Notes under the pieces: generated by a model | The model's database searches: none | Seen by the model: only the letters and a program-made list of their open reading frames with translations | What the model was told of the DNA's origin: nothing | Assembly (NCBI GenBank): GCA_016870795.1 | Contig: VGAJ01000003.1 | Location: forward strand, 13,236 to 77,235 | DNA: 64,000 bases | Direction of reading: 5' to 3' | Origin: Actinomycetota bacterium | GTDB taxonomy: Bacteria > Actinomycetota > Actinomycetes > Nanopelagicales > Nanopelagicaceae | Made by a program: the position numbers and the translations under genes | Shown here: positions 58,934-64,000 of the stretch, in pieces | Position numbering within the stretch: the stretch's first letter is position 1 | Layout of the letters: each line of letters begins with the position of its first letter

Positions 58934-59074
58934 TTAAAACCTCAAGTTGAACTTGAGCGTGTCGCGTGATTTCAAGGCCCTTAGGACTTACCTTTTTCTC
59001 GTGGTACTTCCCCGGCCAATCTGCCTAATTCAGGCGGAAAAAGCCCTATAACAACAGAATAAGCAAGGAGTTCC

Positions 59075-60397
59075 GTGGCCCGCGCTAGCTCCGAAGGTCG
59101 CAAGACCTACGTTTTAGATACCAGCGTCCTTTTAGCAGACCCCTCCGCCTTCTTCCGCTTTGATGAGCATGAAATCATCATTCCAATAGCGGTAATCGGA
59201 GAGCTTGAATCAAAGCGAGATCATCCTGAGCTTGGATACTTTGCCAGAGCAGCTTTAAGAAAGCTTGATGATTTAAGAATTACCCATGGAAGACTTGATA
59301 AACCCTTAAAAGTTACGGCAACTGGCGGCACTCTCTCAGTCGAGTTAAACCATACTGATACTTCATCGCTGCCTCATGGATTCTTGCGTGATGGCACAAA
59401 TGATTCAAGAATTTTGGCTGTTGCTAGAAATCTAGTAAGTGAAGGAAAAGATGTAGTTCTAGTTACTAAAGATCTTCCGTTAAGAGTTAAAGCATCATCG
59501 GTTGGAGTAAGTGCGGATGAATATCGCGCAGAACTTGCGCCAAATAGCGGTTGGACTGGAATGGCTGAGGTAAGCGTTGGAAGCAAAACTATTGATGCTC
59601 TCTATTCGGGCGAGAAAGTAAGCGATCCTGAAATTAAAGATCTTCCAATTCACACCGGAGTAGTTCTTCACTCTGAAAAGGGCAGCGCTCTTGCAAGAGT
59701 CAACGCTGATAAAACTCTCTCACTTGTTAGGGGAGACAAGAGCGCATTTGGAATTCATGGCAGATCTGCTGAGCAGCGAATAGCACTTGATCTGCTCCTT
59801 GATAATGAAATTGGAATTGTCTCCCTGGGAGGAAGGGCTGGAACTGGAAAGTCTGCTCTTGCTCTCTGCGCCGGCCTTGAGGCAGTTCTTGAACGTCGCC
59901 TCCATAAAAAGATAATTGTCTTCCGTCCGCTCTATCCAGTGGGAGGACAAGAGCTTGGATACCTGCCAGGAAGTGAAGGGGAGAAGATGTCTCCTTGGGC
60001 GCAAGCAGTCTTTGACACCCTAGGAGCTGTGGTCTCTACCCAGGTAATTGAAGAGATTTTAGATCGCGGACTTATTGAGGTTCTGCCCCTAACCCATATC
60101 CGTGGCCGCTCACTGCATGACTCTTTTGTCATTGTCGATGAGGCGCAATCGCTAGAGCGCGGAGTTTTATTAACTGTGCTCTCTCGAATCGGACAGGGCT
60201 CAAGGGTGGTTCTCACCCATGATGTAGCCCAGAGGGATAACCTGCGGGTTGGTCGCCATGATGGCGTTGTTGCTGTTGTGGAATCTCTTAAGGGCCATCC
60301 TCTCTTTGCCCACGTGACACTGACCCGCTCGGAGCGCTCTCAGATCGCAGCTTTGATAACTGAGCTTCTTGAAGATCCAGTCCAGCTCTATGCCTAA
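59075..60397 (+). CDS. phoH2: PhoH2 (N-terminal PIN domain fused to a PhoH ATPase)
   Basis: GTG start after AAGGAG. PIN motif [12 protein letters not shown], Walker [13 protein letters not shown] and Walker [10 protein letters not shown]. 440 aa. Confidence 0.9.
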   Translation: MARASSEGRKTYVLDTSVLLADPSAFFRFDEHEIIIPIAVIGELESKRDHPELGYFARAALRKLDDLRITHGRLDKPLKVTATGGTLSVELNHTDTSSLPHGFLRDGTNDSRILAVARNLVSEGKDVVLVTKDLPLRVKASSVGVSADEYRAELAPNSGWTGMAEVSVGSKTIDALYSGEKVSDPEIKDLPIHTGVVLHSEKGSALARVNADKTLSLVRGDKSAFGIHGRSAEQRIALDLLLDNEIGIVSLGGRAGTGKSALALCAGLEAVLERRLHKKIIVFRPLYPVGGQELGYLPGSEGEKMSPWAQAVFDTLGAVVSTQVIEEILDRGLIEVLPLTHIRGRSLHDSFVIVDEAQSLERGVLLTVLSRIGQGSRVVLTHDVAQRDNLRVGRHDGVVAVVESLKGHPLFAHVTLTRSERSQIAALITELLEDPVQLYA

Positions 60398-60610
60398 AAT
60401 TTGAGGTTTTAGCACAAATAGGGCATAACGGACTTTATAGGGGCTGAACTGCACTTTTCTTATCCACAATTGCTGTGAATTTAATCTTTTTGCGCCACTC
60501 GCAGGTTAAAATTTGCCCCTCACCCCTTCCTTTGTAACCCTAAGCCCAATTCCCCCCAGTAATACCCACGAGCCTGGCTCTGACTTGTTCAGCGCTAAGG
60601 AGGTAGAAAG
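60398..60610 (+). promoter_or_regulatory. long structured 5' leader / candidate cis-regulatory RNA upstream of the transglycosylase-like gene
   Basis: The 213-nt gap is unusually long for this genome. G-tracts are at 60419-60424 and 60439-60444. C-tracts are GCCCCT (60515), CACCCC (60521) and TCCCCCC (60551). CCTTCCTTT (60525-60533) is complementary to the SD AAGGAGG (60597-60603). No family was confirmed. Confidence 0.35.
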
Positions 60611-61183
60611 ATGTTGCCAAACCGGCGCGCGATCGTTGCCCTCGCCTTTGCGACCCTCTTTATCTCCTCGCTTGAGATCTCCCATGCCCAACCCCTCCAG
60701 CCAGATCGCCTAGAGCTACTAGTTGCCGATTCAACCGAGGCTCTTAAGGTCAGCGTGCCAGGAGATCTAGAGCCGAATTGGCCAACGCTAATAGAGATGA
60801 GCGATCGCTCATCACTTATGGCCTGGGATATGTTGCTGGTTTCGGTGATGATTAAAAAAGTTGAGTTAGCCAAAAGCGCCAAGGGGGCGAGAAAAGTTGG
60901 CAAAGAGATGGCCAAGGAGAGTTATGGCTGGGGCAGCTACCAGTTCTCTTGCCTAGATACTTTATGGACCAAAGAGAGCAATTGGAACTATAGGGCGAGA
61001 AATCCTAGAACTGGCGCTCATGGAATTCCCCAAGCCCTTCCTGCCACAAAGATGGAAGTTGTAGGAACTGATTGGAGAACCAATCCAGTTACTCAGATTC
61101 AATGGGGTTTGAGATATATCGATATTCGCTATGAAACGCCATGCAAAGCGCTAGCTAAATTTAAGCGCTCTAGATACTACTAA
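60611..61183 (+). CDS. secreted transglycosylase-like (SLT / aggregation-promoting-factor C-terminal type) cell-wall protein
   Basis: Signal peptide [26 protein letters not shown]-terminal domain [40 protein letters not shown]. 190 aa. Confidence 0.75.
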   Translation: MLPNRRAIVALAFATLFISSLEISHAQPLQPDRLELLVADSTEALKVSVPGDLEPNWPTLIEMSDRSSLMAWDMLLVSVMIKKVELAKSAKGARKVGKEMAKESYGWGSYQFSCLDTLWTKESNWNYRARNPRTGAHGIPQALPATKMEVVGTDWRTNPVTQIQWGLRYIDIRYETPCKALAKFKRSRYY

Positions 61184-62841
61184 AAAGAGCTCTCTGGTTT
61201 TACCCCAATAGTTAGCGGTTTGAGTGAGCCGTTAAAGAAATCATTTCCTTTATCATCAACCACGATAAATGCTGGAAAGTTTTCAACTTCAATCTTCCAG
61301 ACTGCCTCCATACCAAGTTCTTCATAATCAAGAACTTCAACTTTCTTGATGCAATCTTGAGCAAGGCGCGCAGCAGGTCCTCCAATAGAGCCCAGATAGA
61401 AACCACCATTTTTCTTACATGCCTGAGTTACCTGCTTTGAGCGATTTCCTTTAGCAAGCATTATTAGCGAGCCGCCGAGCGCTTGAAAATACTCAACATA
61501 GGAATCCATTCGTCCAGCAGTTGTTGGACCAAAAGATCCTGAGGCATATCCTTTTGGAGTCTTGGCAGGGCCTGCGTAATAGACTGGATACTTCTTGAAA
61601 TATTCTGGCAGTTCTTTTCCAGAATCAACTAGCTCCTTTAATTTCGCATGAGCTAGATCTCTTGCAACAACCATGGTTCCGCTAAGTGATAAACGAGTCT
61701 TTACTGGGTGCTTTGAAAGCTCAGCCAAGATCTGGTCCATGCTTTGGTTTAGATCAATATTTACTACGCTCTCATCTAAGTGCTCATCTGTAGTCTCTGG
61801 CAGGAAGTGGGCTGGGTCGCGCTCTAATACTTCAATAAATACGCCCTCTCTAGTGATCTTCGCCTTTGCCTGGCGATCTGCTGAGCAAGATACTGCAATT
61901 GAAATAGGAAGTGAGGCGCCGTGTCTTGGAAGACGGATGACTCTCACATCATGGCAGAAGTACTTGCCGCCAAATTGTGCGCCGATTCCTAGTTTTTGGG
62001 TGAGAGCTAAAACTTCTTTTTCAAGTTCTAGATCTCTAAAGGCTCTACCAGTTTTGGCATCACCTGTTGTAGGCAGTGAATCTAAATACTTGGTTGAGGC
62101 AAGCTTTGCCGTCTTAGCCGTGAACTCAGCTGAGGTTCCGCCGATAACAATAGCTAGGTGATAGGGAGGGCAAGCAGCAGTTCCAAGCGAGCGTAGCTTT
62201 TCCTCAAGCCAAGTTATGAAAGATGTTGGATTTAGGATTGCCTTTGTCTCTTGATAGAGGAAAGACTTATTAGCACTTCCGCCGCCTTTAGCAATAAAGA
62301 GGAAGTTATATTCCTGCGCATTCTTATAATCAGAGTAAATCTCAACTTGAGCCGGCAAGTTATTACCAGTGTTCTTCTCTTCCCAGGTAGTAACAGGTGC
62401 TAATTGGGAGTAGCGCAGATTTAGCTTGGTAAATGCATCATAGATTCCTCTAGATATTGTTACTTCATCTTGTTCTGAGGTGAGAACTTGCTGGCCTTTT
62501 TTACCCATAACAATTGCAGTTCCGGTGTCTTGGCACATTGGAAGAATTCCACCGGCTGCGATATTGGCATTTTTGAGTAGATCTAGTGCGACAAAGCGAT
62601 CATTGGCAGAGCTTTCAGGGTCTTTAAGAATATTTGCTAGCTGCTGCAGGTGTTCGCTACGTAGGTAGTGCGAGATATCGTGGAGAGCAACTTCAGTTAA
62701 GTTTCTAATTGCCTCAGGAGATACTTTTAAGAAAGTCCTTCCATCGCCTTCAAATGTTGAGACGCCATCACTTGAAATGAGGCGATATTGCGTGGTATCT
62801 GGGCCAACCGGAAGTAAATCTTCATAGATAAATTCCGGCAT
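61180..62841 (-). CDS. fumA: class I (Fe-S dependent) fumarate hydratase
   Basis: 553 aa. A fused alpha and beta domain enzyme with [12 protein letters not shown] and CQDTGTAIV motifs. Confidence 0.9.
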   Translation of the reverse strand: MPEFIYEDLLPVGPDTTQYRLISSDGVSTFEGDGRTFLKVSPEAIRNLTEVALHDISHYLRSEHLQQLANILKDPESSANDRFVALDLLKNANIAAGGILPMCQDTGTAIVMGKKGQQVLTSEQDEVTISRGIYDAFTKLNLRYSQLAPVTTWEEKNTGNNLPAQVEIYSDYKNAQEYNFLFIAKGGGSANKSFLYQETKAILNPTSFITWLEEKLRSLGTAACPPYHLAIVIGGTSAEFTAKTAKLASTKYLDSLPTTGDAKTGRAFRDLELEKEVLALTQKLGIGAQFGGKYFCHDVRVIRLPRHGASLPISIAVSCSADRQAKAKITREGVFIEVLERDPAHFLPETTDEHLDESVVNIDLNQSMDQILAELSKHPVKTRLSLSGTMVVARDLAHAKLKELVDSGKELPEYFKKYPVYYAGPAKTPKGYASGSFGPTTAGRMDSYVEYFQALGGSLIMLAKGNRSKQVTQACKKNGGFYLGSIGGPAARLAQDCIKKVEVLDYEELGMEAVWKIEVENFPAFIVVDDKGNDFFNGSLKPLTIGVKPESSF

Positions 62842-62844
62842 GGC

Positions 62845-63042
62845 TTACTCAGCTTCTACTTGAGATTTTGCAGCTTCTAATTTTGCGCGTGCGCCATCGA
62901 GCCACTGCTGACAAATTGCAGCAAGCTCCTCGCCGCGCTCCCAGAGTTTTAAAGATTCTTCAAGGCCCACCCCGCCAGCTTCAAGGGTTGCTACAACGCT
63001 TGCTAGCTCATCTCGAGCTTGCTCATAACTTAGCTGGGCCAT
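62845..63042 (-). CDS. xseB: exodeoxyribonuclease VII small subunit
   Basis: 65-aa helical protein (LEESLKLWERGEEL) lying immediately downstream of xseA. Confidence 0.88.
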   Translation of the reverse strand: MAQLSYEQARDELASVVATLEAGGVGLEESLKLWERGEELAAICQQWLDGARAKLEAAKSQVEAE

Positions 63043-63051
63043 ATTCGTAAT

Positions 63052-64000
63052 CTACTCGCTTTTACTATCTTCTTGGCTGCCAAGAGCTGTCGCAAGGGCC
63101 ACACCTTTAGCCATTCGTAATTGAATCTTCTCGCCGCGGGCTAGTGATGCAGGGTCTTTGACAATAACTCCATCGCTTTTTTGCACTACTGAATAACCAC
63201 GATCAAGAGTGGCCTGCGGGGAGAGGGTTCTAACTCTGGCAGCAATATGGGTGACTTCATCAAAGGCTCTAAGCAGCTTGGAATTCATACTCATAAATGA
63301 GCGCGAAATAAAGCCTGAAATTATCTCCTGTCTAGATGTGACCATAATAAGCGGATCTTTCATAACTGGTCTTTGGATTAAGTTAACAATCTTGGTCATT
63401 TCAAGAATAACTAAGTCATTAATCTTTCTATCGGAGCGATCTCTTAGATTTTTGATTTTACTTACCTCTTCTTGAAAATCAGGAACTACTAATTTTGCTG
63501 CATCAGTTGGGGTTGAGGCGCGAACATCTGCTACCAAATCAAGAAGCGGAGTATCTTGCTCATGGCCAATGGCGCTGACAATTGGTTTTTTGCACGCGGC
63601 AGCAAGTCTTACTAGCCCTTCATCTGAGAAGGCAAGCAGGTCCTCAAATGAGCCGCCGCCTCTAGTGATGATGATGACATCAACTTCTGGATCGTTATCG
63701 AGCTCTCGCAAGGCGGCCGATACTTGAATAACAGCATCAGCTCCTTGAACCGCTACCTCCCTAGTTTCAAAGCGAACTGCGGGCCATCTTCTTCGAGCAT
63801 TCTCTTTAACATCTTTTTCAGCAGCACTTGCCCGGCCACAGATAAGCCCAATTTTATTTGGCAGAAATGGAAGTGGCTTTTTTCGCTCAAGTGCAAATAA
63901 CCCCTCTGCTGCAAGGACTTTTTTAAGTGCTTCAAGGCGAGCAAGTAATTCACCAAGACCAACTTGCCGGATTTCTTTAGCGTTAAGTGAGAGACGGCCA
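63052..64000 (-). CDS. xseA: exodeoxyribonuclease VII large subunit, 3' portion; the 5' end lies outside the window
   Basis: Contains IITRGGGSFEDL. I translated the frame upstream of the track start (TTG 63711). It is open to the window edge (…GLICGRASAAEKDVKENARRRWPAVRFETREVAVQG…), so the gene is simply cut by the window. Confidence 0.9.
   Translation of the reverse strand, partial: GRLSLNAKEIRQVGLGELLARLEALKKVLAAEGLFALERKKPLPFLPNKIGLICGRASAAEKDVKENARRRWPAVRFETREVAVQGADAVIQVSAALRELDNDPEVDVIIITRGGGSFEDLLAFSDEGLVRLAAACKKPIVSAIGHEQDTPLLDLVADVRASTPTDAAKLVVPDFQEEVSKIKNLRDRSDRKINDLVILEMTKIVNLIQRPVMKDPLIMVTSRQEIISGFISRSFMSMNSKLLRAFDEVTHIAARVRTLSPQATLDRGYSVVQKSDGVIVKDPASLARGEKIQLRMAKGVALATALGSQEDSKSE

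Noticed and set aside
58941-58957. CTCAAGT-TGA-ACTTGAG hairpin after uppS, considered as an intrinsic terminator.
   Set aside because: The loop is 3 nt, there is no following U-tract, and stability is marginal.
60506-60915. ORFs 60513-60713 (+), 60506-60691 (-) and 60595-60915 (-) in and around the C-rich leader.
   Set aside because: Their Pro/Ser/Arg-rich translations arise from the C/G tracts, and they overlap the well-supported transglycosylase-like gene. They are most likely non-coding.
63052-64000. Apparent truncation or frameshift of xseA: the track ORF starts at 63711, and a separate 69-aa ORF lies at 63753-63962.
   Set aside because: Manual translation shows the xseA frame is open and XseA-like up to the window edge, and simply lacks start codons there. 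The 69-aa ORF is an off-frame shadow.

Overview
The window is 64 kb of a very compact, moderately AT-rich actinobacterial chromosome. The taxon is inferred. The gene order (serC-pdxH-citA; pmt-rsmI-metG-tatD-rsmA-ispE-tRNA-glmU-prs-rplY-pth; mfd-mazG-eno-ftsB-DUF501-ppx; greA-DUF4307; uppS-phoH2; fumA-xseB-xseA) mirrors the Mycobacterium/Streptomyces core. The AT-rich codon usage and almost absent intergenic DNA suggest a streamlined lineage such as freshwater acI/Nanopelagicales, but that is a guess.

I support about 62 CDS and 3 tRNA genes. I saw no rRNA, CRISPR array, transposase, integrase, phage or recognisable defence genes.

Functional blocks:
- A malEFG-type maltodextrin operon with a secreted and a cytoplasmic GH13 enzyme (4.2-11.7 kb).
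- A less syntenic stretch (13.1-19.6 kb) holding homospermidine synthase, a membrane GGDEF cyclase, a Tat-Rieske protein, an unknown secreted Ala/Lys-rich protein, a saccharopine-dehydrogenase-like/SDR pair and tRNA-Arg.
- The conserved housekeeping and cell-division core, including a degenerate MoeA-like Glp with a SepX/GlpR-like membrane partner.

I did not find a convincing novel multi-gene system. The observations most worth a second look are:
1. A canonical-looking 73-nt tRNA with a UAA (Leu) anticodon but only a 5-nt variable loop. It is overlapped by the upstream udgB ORF, whose stop codon is the anticodon itself.
2. A 213-nt G-tract/C-tract leader upstream of a secreted transglycosylase-like gene.
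3. An MFS gene whose first two TM helices are in frame but preceded by no ATG/GTG/TTG.
4. The truncated Glp/GlpR module.
5. Systematic stop-to-stop abutment of convergent genes.

All calls come from reading the sequence and ORF translations by eye. No searches were run.
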